The notes: a model not told the origin generated them from the letters alone. A stretch of DNA of 64,000 nucleotides from Pseudobutyrivibrio sp. UBA1225 (GCA_002309345.1 DBWZ01000094.1:13950-77949); one strand, 5' to 3'; numbered from the stretch's first letter, positions 28,172 to 39,121 are shown. Program-made: numbers and translations.

Positions 28172-28200
28172 TTGTAAAATTCCCTTGAAACGAGTATGAT
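28172..28200 (+). promoter_or_regulatory. SigmaA promoter for the DUF4190-ileS unit
   Basis: TTGTAA-N17-TATGAT. Confidence 0.6.
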
Positions 28201-28239
28201 TATTAAGATTAGGAACACTATAAGCTGTTAGGAGTATGT

Positions 28240-28641
28240 ATGAACGAAGATTACATGTTTGAAGAAGAAGTAGACAAGAACAAAGAACCTGAAAAAACAG
28301 TTAATGAAACAACTCCAGAGGTTGGGGCGGGTTACTATTACAATCAGCAGCCTAGCAACACTGGAATGGCAATAGGTTCATTTGTTTCAGGGTTACTGGC
28401 TTTACTGTTTTTTTCAGTGGGAGTCAACCTACTAGTTGCTTTAATCAGTATAGCCCTTGGAATAGTTTTTTTAACCAAGACCAATGAAATACAGGGTAGA
28501 ACTCTTGCCAAGGTAGGCATCGTTGTTTCCATAATCAGCATTATATTGTTTGTTGGCTCAGTCATTTGGATTCTCCCAAACGCTGAGAATTTAACACAGA
28601 TGTACGATTCACTCCCTTACTATAACGGGGTGAAGTATTAA
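28240..28641 (+). CDS. DUF4190-like membrane protein
   Basis: GMAIGSFVSGLLAL..GRTLAKVGIVVSII pattern. Confidence 0.7.
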   Translation: MNEDYMFEEEVDKNKEPEKTVNETTPEVGAGYYYNQQPSNTGMAIGSFVSGLLALLFFSVGVNLLVALISIALGIVFLTKTNEIQGRTLAKVGIVVSIISIILFVGSVIWILPNAENLTQMYDSLPYYNGVKY

Positions 28642-28710
28642 TACATATTAAAATAAGAGAAGGGTTGTGTGACGAGAAAGCACGACCTCATAGAAAGGAA
28701 TTACTTTTAT

Positions 28711-31700
28711 ATGTACAACAAGGTAGACGCAAGCTTAAATTTTGTTGAGCGCGAAAAACAGGTGCTCAAATTCTGGCAGGACAACGATATCTTCCAGAAA
28801 TCAATGGATTCAAGAAAAGAAGGAGAGACTTACACATTCTACGATGGACCTCCTACAGCAAATGGCAAACCTCATATCGGTCACGTAGAGACTCGAGCTA
28901 TCAAGGACATGATTCCAAGATACCAGACAATGAAGGGCAAATATGTACCCCGTAAGGCTGGTTGGGATACACATGGTCTTCCAGTAGAGCTTGAGGTAGA
29001 AAAGTTGCTTGGCCTCAACGGTAAAGAACAAATCGAAAACTACGGTATGGAGCCTTTCATCAAAAAATGTAAGGAATCCGTATGGAAATATAAGGGAATG
29101 TGGGAGGACTTCTCAGGAACAGTTGGTTTCTGGGCCGATATGGACAATCCTTACATCACATATGATGACAATTTCATCGAGTCAGAGTGGTGGGCACTCA
29201 AGACAATCTGGGACAAGAAGCTTCTTTACAAGGGATTCAAAATCGTTCCTTACTGTCCTCGTTGTGGTACTCCGCTCTCAGCTCAAGAGGTTGCTCAGGG
29301 TTACAAGACGGTCAAGGAGCGTTCAGCAATCGCTCGTTTCAAAATCAAAGGTGAGGATGCATACTTCCTTGCTTGGACAACTACACCATGGACACTTCCA
29401 TCCAACCTTGCACTTTGCGTAAATCCAATCGAAACTTACATCAAAGTCAAGGCTGCAGATGGCTATACATACATCCTTGCAGAGGCTCTTGCAGACAAGG
29501 TTCTTTCAAAGCTTGCCACAGAAGAAGGCGCAAAGGCATACGAAGTACTTGAAACCTACAAGGGTACAGATCTTGAGTACAAGGAATATGAGCCACTCTT
29601 TGAATGTGCAGGTATTGCCGCAGAAAAGCAGCACAAGAAGGCTCACTTCGTAGTTTGTGATGATTACGTTACCATGTCAGATGGTACTGGTATCGTACAT
29701 ATCGCTCCTGCATTTGGTGAGGACGATGCCAAGGTTGGTCGCAAGTATGATCTTCCATTTGTACAGTTCGTAAATGGCAAGGGTGAGCTCACAGAAGAGA
29801 CTCCTTATGCAGGTCAGTTCGTTAAGGATGCCGATCCAAACGTTCTCAAGGATTTGGATGCCAAGGGACAGCTTTTCGAGGCTCCTAAGTTCGAGCACGA
29901 GTATCCACACTGCTGGAGATGCGACACTCCACTTATCTACTACGCTAGAGAATCATGGTTCATCAAGATGACCGAGGTCAAGGATGACCTGATTAAAAAT
30001 AACAACACTGTAAATTGGATTCCAGATTCAATCGGTAAGGGACGTTTTGGAGATTGGCTCGAGAACGTTCAGGACTGGGGTATCTCTCGTAACCGTTACT
30101 GGGGCACTCCACTCAATATCTGGGAATGTCCAGATTGTGGCAAGCAGATTTCAATCGGTAGCCGCAAGGAGTTAGCAGAGCTTTCTGGTCGCGCAGACGC
30201 AGAGTCTATCGAGCTTCATCGTCCATACATCGATGAGGTTACATGCACTTGCCCAGATTGCGGCGGTACAATGAAGCGTGTGCCAGAAGTTATCGACTGC
30301 TGGTTTGATTCAGGAGCTATGCCATTTGCTCAGCATCACTATCCATTCGAAAACAAGGAGATTTTTGAGCAGCAGTTCCCAGCCAAGTTTATTTCCGAAG
30401 CTGTTGACCAGACTCGTGGTTGGTTCTACTCGTTGATGGCTGAGTCAACCTTGCTTTTCAACAAGGCTCCTTATGAAAATGTAATCGTCCTTGGTCACGT
30501 TCAAGATGAAAACGGTCAAAAGATGTCCAAGTCAAAGGGCAATGCAGTTGATCCATTCGAAGCTCTTGAAAAGATGGGTGCAGATGCAATCAGATGGTAT
30601 TTCTACACATCTTCAGCACCATGGATCCCAAAGAGATTTGGTGAAAATGCAGTTATGGAAGGCCAGAGAAAGTTCCTTGGAACACTTTGGAATACATATG
30701 CTTTCTATATTTTATATGCGAACATTGATGAGTTTGATCCTACCAAGTATGAGCTTGACTTTAACAAGCTTGCAGTTATGGACAAATGGATCCTTTCTCG
30801 TCTCAATTCGGCAATCAAGGCTGTAGATGAGAACCTTGACGCATACAAGATTCCAGAGGCAGCAAGAGCACTTGATGAGTTCGTAGACGATTTGTCTAAC
30901 TGGTATGTACGCCGTTGTCGCGATAGATTCTGGGCAAAGGGTATGGAGCAGGACAAGATTAATGCTTACATGACACTTTACACTTGCCTTAAGGATATTG
31001 CACTTGCAGCAGCACCAATGATTCCATTTATGACAGAGGAAATCTATCAGAACATGGTTCGCTCAGTAGACAAGACAGCTCCTGAGTCAATCCACCTTTG
31101 TGATTTCCCTGCATACAATGAGCAGTTTATTGACAAGAAGCTCGAGGAAGATATGGATGAGCTTCTCAAGATTGTTGTTCACGGTCGTGCATGTAGAAAT
31201 ACAGCAGCCATCAAGAACCGTCAGCCAATCGGTCAGATGTACATCAAGGCTGAGCACGAGCTTGATGATATGTATGTTTCTATCATCGAGGATGAGCTTA
31301 ATGTTAAAAAGGCTACATTTACAGATGATGTTTCATCATTTACATCATACAGCTTCAAGCCACAGCTTCGTACAGTAGGACCTAAGTACGGCAAGTTCCT
31401 CGGTGGCATCCAAAAAGCACTTGCCTCACTTGATGGCAATGCAGCATACGCAGATCTCAAGGCAAATGGGGTATTAAGATTGCCAGAGGTTGATGCTTCT
31501 ATCGAGCTTGCAGAGGAAGACTTACTTATCTCTATGGCTCAGACAGAGGGCTTTGTAGCAGATGGCGACAACTATGTAACAGTAGTTCTCGATACAAATC
31601 TTACAGAAGAGCTTCTTGAGGAAGGCTTTGTAAGAGAGCTTGTTTCGAAGATTCAGACAATGCGTAAGGAAGCAGATTTCGAAGTTATGGATCGAATCAC

Positions 31701-31869
31701 AGTTTCTTACGAAGGATCTGATAAAATAAATAGTATCTTTGAGGCAAACAAGGATGAAATCGCAGGTGAAGTCCTTGCGGATGAGATAGTTGTGGGCGCT
31801 GAAGGCACTTACAGCAAAGACTGGAACATCAACGGAGAGAAGGTTAAGTTATCAGTTACAAGGATTTAA
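28711..31869 (+). CDS. ileS: Isoleucine--tRNA ligase, type 2
   Basis: PHIGH, KMSKS, GWDTHGLP, PYCPRCGTPLS, DWGISRNRYWG; start 28711. Confidence 0.96.
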   Translation: MYNKVDASLNFVEREKQVLKFWQDNDIFQKSMDSRKEGETYTFYDGPPTANGKPHIGHVETRAIKDMIPRYQTMKGKYVPRKAGWDTHGLPVELEVEKLLGLNGKEQIENYGMEPFIKKCKESVWKYKGMWEDFSGTVGFWADMDNPYITYDDNFIESEWWALKTIWDKKLLYKGFKIVPYCPRCGTPLSAQEVAQGYKTVKERSAIARFKIKGEDAYFLAWTTTPWTLPSNLALCVNPIETYIKVKAADGYTYILAEALADKVLSKLATEEGAKAYEVLETYKGTDLEYKEYEPLFECAGIAAEKQHKKAHFVVCDDYVTMSDGTGIVHIAPAFGEDDAKVGRKYDLPFVQFVNGKGELTEETPYAGQFVKDADPNVLKDLDAKGQLFEAPKFEHEYPHCWRCDTPLIYYARESWFIKMTEVKDDLIKNNNTVNWIPDSIGKGRFGDWLENVQDWGISRNRYWGTPLNIWECPDCGKQISIGSRKELAELSGRADAESIELHRPYIDEVTCTCPDCGGTMKRVPEVIDCWFDSGAMPFAQHHYPFENKEIFEQQFPAKFISEAVDQTRGWFYSLMAESTLLFNKAPYENVIVLGHVQDENGQKMSKSKGNAVDPFEALEKMGADAIRWYFYTSSAPWIPKRFGENAVMEGQRKFLGTLWNTYAFYILYANIDEFDPTKYELDFNKLAVMDKWILSRLNSAIKAVDENLDAYKIPEAARALDEFVDDLSNWYVRRCRDRFWAKGMEQDKINAYMTLYTCLKDIALAAAPMIPFMTEEIYQNMVRSVDKTAPESIHLCDFPAYNEQFIDKKLEEDMDELLKIVVHGRACRNTAAIKNRQPIGQMYIKAEHELDDMYVSIIEDELNVKKATFTDDVSSFTSYSFKPQLRTVGPKYGKFLGGIQKALASLDGNAAYADLKANGVLRLPEVDASIELAEEDLLISMAQTEGFVADGDNYVTVVLDTNLTEELLEEGFVRELVSKIQTMRKEADFEVMDRITVSYEGSDKINSIFEANKDEIAGEVLADEIVVGAEGTYSKDWNINGEKVKLSVTRI

Positions 31870-31977
31870 TAAAATGGTGGAATGAGTGAAACCACCAGCA
31901 AAATGTGAAAAATAGTCCGTTGAAAAAGACTGAATGTGCAACGGACGAGTGAAAATTTAAGATTGGGGGTTGAGTGA

Positions 31978-34431
31978 ATGAAGAGACAAATGCCTAGTAC
32001 GAAGGAGATCGAGCGCGACATCGTTGATCGCGTCAAGTCTATGTTTCGAAAGGAATTTGAGGAGGCAAGCGAGGAAGAAATCTACCGTGCCTGCTCTGAA
32101 GTAGTTAACGATGTTGTAATCGATAACTGGCTTACGACTCAAAAAGAGTTTACTAAGCAGGATCCTAAATGCGTTTACTACATGTCCATGGAGTTTCTTA
32201 TCGGTCGTATGCTGGGAAACAACATGATTAACATGCGTGGCTACACCGAAGTCATGGATGCATTAGACGCATTAGGCATTGATATCAACGCAATCGAGGA
32301 TCAGGAACCAGATCCAGCTCTTGGAAATGGTGGCTTGGGACGACTTGCTGCTTGTTTCTTGGATTCACTGGCAACCCTTAGATATCCAGCCTACGGCTGC
32401 GGTATCAGATATCACTACGGAATGTTCAAGCAAAAGATAATAGATGGATATCAAAAAGAGGTTCCAGATGATTGGCTTCAGACCAGATATCCATTTGAGC
32501 TTGAGCGCTCTGAATATGAATTTGAAGTTAAGTTTGGCGGATGGGTTCGCTATGAAAGTCTGCCAGATGGAACTACTAGATACATTCATGAGGGTTACAA
32601 TTCTGTAATTGCCACACCTTACGATATGCCGGTTACGGGCTTTGACAATGGTATGGTTAACACACTTATGATTTGGGATGCCAAGCCCAAAGAGGTATTT
32701 AGACTTGCCTCATTTGAGCGTGGCGACTACAACAAGGCTGTCGAAGATATGAACTTGGCACGCAATTTGACCGAGGTACTCTATCCAAACGACAACCATG
32801 TACAAGGAAAAGAGCTCCGTTTGAAGCAGCAGTATTTCTTTGTATCTGCTTCGCTTCAACGTGCTTTGAATAAATACCTCAGATATCATCATGACATTAT
32901 GCGACTTCCTGAAAAGGTTGTATTCCAGATGAATGATACACATCCTACGCTTACAGTAGCAGAGTTGATGCGTCTTCTTATGGATGAGCATGAGCTTGGT
33001 TGGGATGATGCGTGGGAAGTTACAACTCACTGCGTTGCCTACACCAACCATACAATCATGTCTGAGGCTCTTGAAAAATGGCCAGAGGAAATCTTCAAGG
33101 GATTGCTTCCTCGTATCTACATGATAGTAGAGGAAATCAACCGCAGATTCTGTGAAGACATCCGAGCCAAATTCCCGGGAGACGAAGATCGAGTTGCCCG
33201 CATGGCTATCCTTGCAGATGGTCAGGTCAAGATGGCTCATATGGCTATTGCAGCAAGCTTTTCAGTTAACGGCGTTGCCGCACTTCACACAGAGATTTTG
33301 AAGAACGTTTCTCTTCATGATTTCTACGAGATGTATCCTGAAAAGTTCAACAACAAGACAAATGGTATTACCCAGCGTCGTTTTTTGATGCACGGTAATT
33401 ACAAGCTTTCCGATTGGGTTATTTCCAAGATTGGTAGAGGCTGGATTACAGACCTTGCCCAGATGGAAAAGCTAGAGAAGTGCTTAAGTGATAAAAAATC
33501 TCTTGAGGAATTCATGGAAATCAAACATGATAACAAAAAGCGCCTTGCAAAATATATTTGGGATCACAACAAGGTTACAGTCGATCCTAATTCGATATTT
33601 GATGTGCAGGTCAAGAGACTTCACGAGTACAAGAGACAACTTCTAAATATCCTTCATGTTATGTACTTGTACAACAGTATAAAGGAAGACCCAGATTTGG
33701 ATTTCTATCCAACCACCTTTATATTTGGTGCCAAGGCATCAGCAGGATATGAAAACGCAAAGCTTATTATCAAGTTAATCAATAACGTTGCAGCTGTTAT
33801 CAATAACGACAAGTCAATTGATAACAAGATTAAGGTTGTGTTTATCGAGGATTATCGAGTTTCCAATGCTGAGTGGATTTTTGCAGCCGCAGATGTTTCG
33901 GAGCAAATCTCTACAGCATCCAAGGAGGCATCTGGTACTGGTAACATGAAATTCATGTTAAATGGTGCAGTTACAATCGGTACAATGGACGGTGCTAATG
34001 TGGAAATGTACAAGGAGCTTGATGGCAAGAACATTTTTATATTTGGTATGAGTTCAGACGAGGTTATTGCTCACGAAAAGAAGCATGACTACAACCCAGT
34101 TGATGAGATGAACAACAATCCAAATATTCAAAGAGTTCTTTCACAGCTTGTAAACGGCTATTACAGCATCGACAATCCAGAGTTGTTTAGACCAATCTAC
34201 AACTCACTATTAAACACAGAAAACACAGCTACTGCAGACACCTACTTTGTTCTCAAGGATTTCGCATCTTACTGCGAGGCTCATGAAAAGATTCAAGAGG
34301 CATACAAGAACAAGGAAGAATGGGCAAAGATGGCACTTTCTAACGTGGCACATGTTGGCAAGTTCTCTTCAGACAGAACTATCCAAGAATACGTTGATGA
34401 TATTTGGCATCTAGATAAGCTTGAGATTTAA
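31978..34431 (+). CDS. glgP: Glycogen/starch phosphorylase
   Basis: ALGNGGLGRLAAC, ELRLKQQYF, PLP-lysine motif EASGTGNMKF. Confidence 0.95.
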   Translation: MKRQMPSTKEIERDIVDRVKSMFRKEFEEASEEEIYRACSEVVNDVVIDNWLTTQKEFTKQDPKCVYYMSMEFLIGRMLGNNMINMRGYTEVMDALDALGIDINAIEDQEPDPALGNGGLGRLAACFLDSLATLRYPAYGCGIRYHYGMFKQKIIDGYQKEVPDDWLQTRYPFELERSEYEFEVKFGGWVRYESLPDGTTRYIHEGYNSVIATPYDMPVTGFDNGMVNTLMIWDAKPKEVFRLASFERGDYNKAVEDMNLARNLTEVLYPNDNHVQGKELRLKQQYFFVSASLQRALNKYLRYHHDIMRLPEKVVFQMNDTHPTLTVAELMRLLMDEHELGWDDAWEVTTHCVAYTNHTIMSEALEKWPEEIFKGLLPRIYMIVEEINRRFCEDIRAKFPGDEDRVARMAILADGQVKMAHMAIAASFSVNGVAALHTEILKNVSLHDFYEMYPEKFNNKTNGITQRRFLMHGNYKLSDWVISKIGRGWITDLAQMEKLEKCLSDKKSLEEFMEIKHDNKKRLAKYIWDHNKVTVDPNSIFDVQVKRLHEYKRQLLNILHVMYLYNSIKEDPDLDFYPTTFIFGAKASAGYENAKLIIKLINNVAAVINNDKSIDNKIKVVFIEDYRVSNAEWIFAAADVSEQISTASKEASGTGNMKFMLNGAVTIGTMDGANVEMYKELDGKNIFIFGMSSDEVIAHEKKHDYNPVDEMNNNPNIQRVLSQLVNGYYSIDNPELFRPIYNSLLNTENTATADTYFVLKDFASYCEAHEKIQEAYKNKEEWAKMALSNVAHVGKFSSDRTIQEYVDDIWHLDKLEI

Positions 34432-35332
34432 CAATGGAGAGAATTATTTACTTATGGAATCAAATGATACCAAGAAGGCAAAATGGATTGTTTTGCCACT
34501 ACTAATTGCAAAAGTGATTATGGTTTTATCGTCAATCTTTGTAATGCAGATTGTTGCGGTAAAAACACTCGGCGTATTTAAGGGCGGAAATTTCAACGAC
34601 TATATGAACGCTTTCAACAAAGATTTGATGAAGGATTCTTCGAATCTGCTGATTTCAGTAATATATGCATCTGTGACAGCTATAACCATGTTGGCAATTT
34701 TTAAAGCAATATTTGCAGACGATAAAGAGGCTATGCTGTTCAAGCGCGCTATTACAAAACCTGCTCATATGATTTTAGGCTTGGTTTTGTTTGTAGTATC
34801 TGTTCAGTATGTGTGCGCATTTGTCATGGATGTTATAGCGACAGCTTTCCCAGAGTGGCTGGAGGCCTACAATGCTTTGATAGAGTCCATGGGCGCCGGT
34901 CCTGATATGACAATAGGATGGTTTTTCTATTCTATTATCTTGGCACCTACGTGCGAAGAATTTGTTTTCAGAGGAGTTACTCTATCAGCTGCTAGAAAGC
35001 TATTTCCAGCATGGTTAGCAATCCTGGTTCAAGCTGTGTTCTTTGGCTATTTCCATGGAAATGCCATGCAGGGAGCTTATACAGCTGTATTTGGAATAGC
35101 CCTAGGTTATATCATGTATCTATATGACAATATTCTTTTGGCAATACTTGCCCATGCTTTGTTTAATCTTTTGGGACAGTATGGTGGTACATTCCTTTTA
35201 GATCATACGAGCACAATTGCATCAGTATTTTTCTTGATTTTGGGCACATTGATTGTTTGTTATGTGTCAGTACTTTTATTAAAATCTGGAGCTAAACCAG
35301 TTAAAAATGATGACGTAAATGCCGATATATAA
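34421..35332 (+). CDS. CPBP (CAAX-like) intramembrane metalloprotease
   Basis: APTCEEFVFRG, FGYFH, HALFN motifs; multiple TMs; start position uncertain. Confidence 0.85.
   Translation: MRFNNGENYLLMESNDTKKAKWIVLPLLIAKVIMVLSSIFVMQIVAVKTLGVFKGGNFNDYMNAFNKDLMKDSSNLLISVIYASVTAITMLAIFKAIFADDKEAMLFKRAITKPAHMILGLVLFVVSVQYVCAFVMDVIATAFPEWLEAYNALIESMGAGPDMTIGWFFYSIILAPTCEEFVFRGVTLSAARKLFPAWLAILVQAVFFGYFHGNAMQGAYTAVFGIALGYIMYLYDNILLAILAHALFNLLGQYGGTFLLDHTSTIASVFFLILGTLIVCYVSVLLLKSGAKPVKNDDVNADI
35302..35328 (+). promoter_or_regulatory. Sigma28 (FliA/SigD)-type promoter match
   Basis: TAAA-N15-GCCGATAT; caveat: a terminator at 35357-35389 lies between it and the next gene. Confidence 0.55.
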
Positions 35333-35356
35333 TTTGCACGGAAGTTTATCATAGAG

Positions 35357-35389
35357 GCCAGGAAGACCGTTGGGTTTTCCTGGTTTTTT
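35357..35389 (+). terminator. Intrinsic terminator after the CPBP gene
   Basis: GCCAGGAAGACC / GGGTTTTCCTGGT followed by T6. Confidence 0.75.
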
Positions 35390-35452
35390 CTATGAAATTG
35401 GAAAAAGGACTTTCCTTCCATATCATTATTTTATTTATAGGAGGAAAGGAAT

Positions 35453-36517
35453 ATGGTAATCCAAAACTCTGAGGTTTCTATGACCTCAAAAGCTAGCTAT
35501 GCTAGTAGTACCAAACTGACTGTTCAGTCAGAGGCACATCCATTAATCAACCTGGCAGGAATAGAATTTCTGAATGGGCAAGGAACAACAGAACAAGCAG
35601 AAGGAGGAGGGAAAGGCGGAGAGTTCATGTCATCTCTTAACTATGCACTTAATCCCAAGGGGCAAGTGCAAGAGGTCGATAGTATGGATTCTGCACGCAA
35701 CCTAGAGGCAAACCGCCAAGTGAGATTCAGAACTTTAGAGTATCTGCTTCATCTGATTCTTATGAACACGCTGTTTGGTGATGATTCAGATATGAAGAAT
35801 CTCTTTGAGGAGACGGTATCACAGAAGTCTTCCTACAGCTTGAGTCCGCAGATGGTCCAGGTGACATCCTTCAAGTATGAACACTTCGAAAGCCAGCAGG
35901 TGGAGTACAGCTCTACAGGAACAGTCGTGACTGGTGATGGTAGGCAGATTGACTTTAATTACGGCTTTGCTATGTCGTCTGAGTTCAAGGAAGTCTACAT
36001 GGAAAAGAGTGGTTCTATCATCAACTGCATCGATCCCCTTGTAATCAATCTGAGAGATTGTCCTACTCAAATCAGCGACCAAATCTTCTATTTTGACTTG
36101 GACGGCGATGGTGGGGATGATGCTATTCATAATCTTTCAGAAGGCTCGGGATTTCTTGCTCTCGACAAGGACGAGGATGGACAAATCAACGATGGCAAGG
36201 AGTTGTTTGGTGCCTTGACAGGCGATGGCTTTAAGGAGCTTGCTATTTACGACGAAGATGGAAACGGTTGGATTGATGAGAACGACAGCATTTTCTCGAG
36301 ACTTAGAATCATGACTATCAACGAGCATGGGGAGAAGGAAATGTACGGTCTTAAACAATCTGATGTAGGAGCAATATTTTTGGCAAATCTAGAAACCAAG
36401 TTTGCTGACAACGATGATGATAACAATACGAAGGGAATTATCAGAAAATCAGGGGTTTTCTTGCATGAATCAGATGGTCATGCAGGAGGAGTGCAACACG
36501 TAGACTTCACCACCTAG
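35453..36517 (+). CDS. Hypothetical protein with DxDxDG calcium-binding motifs, no signal peptide
   Basis: DLDGDG, DKDEDGQINDGKELFG, DEDGNGWIDEND; AGGAGG SD. Confidence 0.75.
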   Translation: MVIQNSEVSMTSKASYASSTKLTVQSEAHPLINLAGIEFLNGQGTTEQAEGGGKGGEFMSSLNYALNPKGQVQEVDSMDSARNLEANRQVRFRTLEYLLHLILMNTLFGDDSDMKNLFEETVSQKSSYSLSPQMVQVTSFKYEHFESQQVEYSSTGTVVTGDGRQIDFNYGFAMSSEFKEVYMEKSGSIINCIDPLVINLRDCPTQISDQIFYFDLDGDGGDDAIHNLSEGSGFLALDKDEDGQINDGKELFGALTGDGFKELAIYDEDGNGWIDENDSIFSRLRIMTINEHGEKEMYGLKQSDVGAIFLANLETKFADNDDDNNTKGIIRKSGVFLHESDGHAGGVQHVDFTT

Positions 36518-36588
36518 TTTACTTGTGATATAATCACACCTAGATATTGACTGAATATTCAAGTCAAAACTTTAGGTGGGATCGTATT

Positions 36589-37638
36589 ATGAAAATCGGT
36601 GGGCACAAATTGAAATTAAAGGGCAACAGTGCACTAGCTATTGCGGCTGGGTGTGCTGTTGCTTTTATGTTTATTGCTACAATCATCAGCGTTGCCTTAT
36701 ATAGGCAGCGTATGCATGAGGCCGCCGAATTGCTCCAAGAGGCAAAATATCGTCAATACGATTCCTACGTAGTAATGATATCTTCCGATGATCAGGCTGA
36801 TTTTTGGCAGGAGGTCTACCGCTCTGCGCAGGCCTATGGCAAGGAGCATGGAATATACGTTGACCTGCTTTCCGATAACGTGGATGTGACCTACTCCAAG
36901 AACGAGCTTTTTGAAATGGCGATAGATTCTGGCTGTGATGCTATTTTGTTAGAAGGGGATGATAGCAAGGAGACGGCCGACCTTTTGGACAAGGCTAGAA
37001 AGGCACAGATTCCAGTTATAACTATGCAAAGCGATGTGAACGCCGACAGTCGAATCAGTTTTGTGGGTGTAAACAACTATTCCATCTCAAATCTTTATGC
37101 TGCATCTTTGGCTGAGGTAGAGGACAGAAAAAAAGATGTTATGGTTGTTAGCAGTTCCGCAAACACCTTGAATGCCACCATGATTGCCAACAATATTCAA
37201 GAAAAGCTGACTGAGCAAAACATCCCAGGCGGTCCGGTCAATTTTGATGTGCGACTTATTGAAAACAAAGATGCTTTTGCTACCGAAGAGTATATACAAA
37301 ACCTATTCAAAGAAAACGATCTGGCGCCAATTGTAATCTGCCTTGACGAGGAATCAACTGCGGATTTTTACCAAGCTACAATCGATTATAACAAGGTTGG
37401 TCAGATTAATATCTACGGTAACTATCAATCTCAGACAATCCTCACAGGGATTAAGCAAGGGGTTATCAAAAGCACGGTTACTATGGATGCCTCAAGTATT
37501 GGCAAGGCGGCGGCACAGGCCTTCGCCGAATACAAGGATTCTGGTTATGTTTCCGATTACATCAACGTAGATGCATTCAACATCGACAAATCCAACGTAG
37601 AAGAATTCTTACAGGAGGTGTCAGATGAGAAAAATTAA
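36589..37638 (+). CDS. Membrane-anchored periplasmic-binding-fold sugar sensor
   Basis: One N-terminal TM followed by RbsB-like fold (SFVGVNNY, VKSTV-like IKSTVTMD). Confidence 0.8.
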   Translation: MKIGGHKLKLKGNSALAIAAGCAVAFMFIATIISVALYRQRMHEAAELLQEAKYRQYDSYVVMISSDDQADFWQEVYRSAQAYGKEHGIYVDLLSDNVDVTYSKNELFEMAIDSGCDAILLEGDDSKETADLLDKARKAQIPVITMQSDVNADSRISFVGVNNYSISNLYAASLAEVEDRKKDVMVVSSSANTLNATMIANNIQEKLTEQNIPGGPVNFDVRLIENKDAFATEEYIQNLFKENDLAPIVICLDEESTADFYQATIDYNKVGQINIYGNYQSQTILTGIKQGVIKSTVTMDASSIGKAAAQAFAEYKDSGYVSDYINVDAFNIDKSNVEEFLQEVSDEKN

Positions 37639-39121
37639 GCTTCCATCTTTATCCCTTCGTAAGAAGATGATTATGGTGTTTTGTATGCCAACGATTTTGT
37701 TGTTCCTGGTAAACATGATGCTGTATATAGGTACGTCTAGTATGCTTAATTCCTTGAATGCGGTATACGAAAGTAACACCACTCTAAACGAGCTGTCTGA
37801 GGGACTTGACAAGGTGCAGAGTGCAACAACAGGATATTTGGATACCAAGACAAGTGATTCCCTGGAGCAGTACTACACCTACCAGCAGGATTACATCAAC
37901 TCCATGCAAAAGCTTTCCGACAACAACGATCAAAATGAAAACCGTGTCATGGAAAGAAATATCAAGCGCATGTCCTTAAACTACATCGACCTTACAAGTC
38001 TGGCGGTGGAAAGTAAGCGCGGTGGAAATGTTGAAAAATATAAAAGCATCTACGAGGAAGCTACCCGGTTGTACGGATATATCAGCAACAACATTACTTC
38101 CTTGAATAACATGCAGTTTATTAACAACTCAAAGTCATATGGTTCCATGATGGGAGCATTGCAGACTCTTGAGGAATTAAACATCATGACGCTCATTGTC
38201 ATCAGTGTGGCAAACGTTGCCTTCGTAGTTTTGATTGCTTCAACTATCACCGAGCCTCTTGTTAAGCTGGCTTCCACAGCCAACACTGTGGCAAATGGAG
38301 ATTTTGAGGTCAATCTACTTCCAGTCAAATCCAATGACGAGGTTGGCGTCGTTGCAAAAGCCTTTAACAAGATGGTTGTCTCCATCAAGGAGTACATCCA
38401 AAAGCTTACTGAGTCCATGGAGGTGGAGCGCAAGCTCAAGGAAAACGAGCTTATCATGGAAAACCACATTAAGGATGCAGAGCTTAAGTATCTGCAGTCT
38501 CAGATAAATCCACATTTCTTGTTTAACACCTTAAATGCAGGGGCGCAGCTTGCCATGATGGAGGGAGCCGACAGAACCAGCAACTATATGCAGCGTGTTG
38601 CAGACTTTTTCCGTTATAATATAAAAAAGAACAAGGATGTGGTTACCTTAAAAGAGGAAATCGAGCTTGTTGATATTTATATCTATATCATCAATGTCCG
38701 CTTTGCTGGAGAAATCCAGTTTATAAAGGAGATTGATGAAAGTCTACTGAATATAACTATGCCGAGAATGATTCTGCAGCCTATTGTTGAAAACTGTATC
38801 AACTATGGCATCAGAAACATTGACTGGGCAAAGAAGATTACTTTGTCAGTGTATGGCCTCGAGAGTTTTATCTGTGTCAGCATCAAGGATAATGGAATCG
38901 GAATGGAGCAAGAGAAAATCCAACAGGTGCTTCAGGGCAGCTACCAGAGCGACCCTAGCAAATCTGACTCTAACGGAGTTGGATTAAACAACTGTATTGA
39001 AAGATTGAATATCTATTTTGAAAGAGATGATGTGTTAGACATTATTTCTGAGGGAGAAAATATGGGAACAGAGATTATTCTATATCTTCCTCAAAATACC
39101 TTCGAGGAGATTGCAAAATAG
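37625..39121 (+). CDS. Sensor histidine kinase, LytS/YesM family
   Basis: HAMP NDEVG, LQSQINPHFLFNTLN, LQPIVEN, DNGIGM, GVGLNN. Confidence 0.92.
   Translation: MRKIKLPSLSLRKKMIMVFCMPTILLFLVNMMLYIGTSSMLNSLNAVYESNTTLNELSEGLDKVQSATTGYLDTKTSDSLEQYYTYQQDYINSMQKLSDNNDQNENRVMERNIKRMSLNYIDLTSLAVESKRGGNVEKYKSIYEEATRLYGYISNNITSLNNMQFINNSKSYGSMMGALQTLEELNIMTLIVISVANVAFVVLIASTITEPLVKLASTANTVANGDFEVNLLPVKSNDEVGVVAKAFNKMVVSIKEYIQKLTESMEVERKLKENELIMENHIKDAELKYLQSQINPHFLFNTLNAGAQLAMMEGADRTSNYMQRVADFFRYNIKKNKDVVTLKEEIELVDIYIYIINVRFAGEIQFIKEIDESLLNITMPRMILQPIVENCINYGIRNIDWAKKITLSVYGLESFICVSIKDNGIGMEQEKIQQVLQGSYQSDPSKSDSNGVGLNNCIERLNIYFERDDVLDIISEGENMGTEIILYLPQNTFEEIAK

Noticed and set aside
28000-28710. T-box riboswitch for ileS
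   Set aside because: No T-box sequence, specifier stem or antiterminator/terminator pair is visible.
34421-34431. Programmed frameshift or fusion between glgP and the CPBP gene
   Set aside because: The overlap is short, there is no slippery heptamer, and the CPBP start may lie further downstream; ordinary translational coupling explains it.
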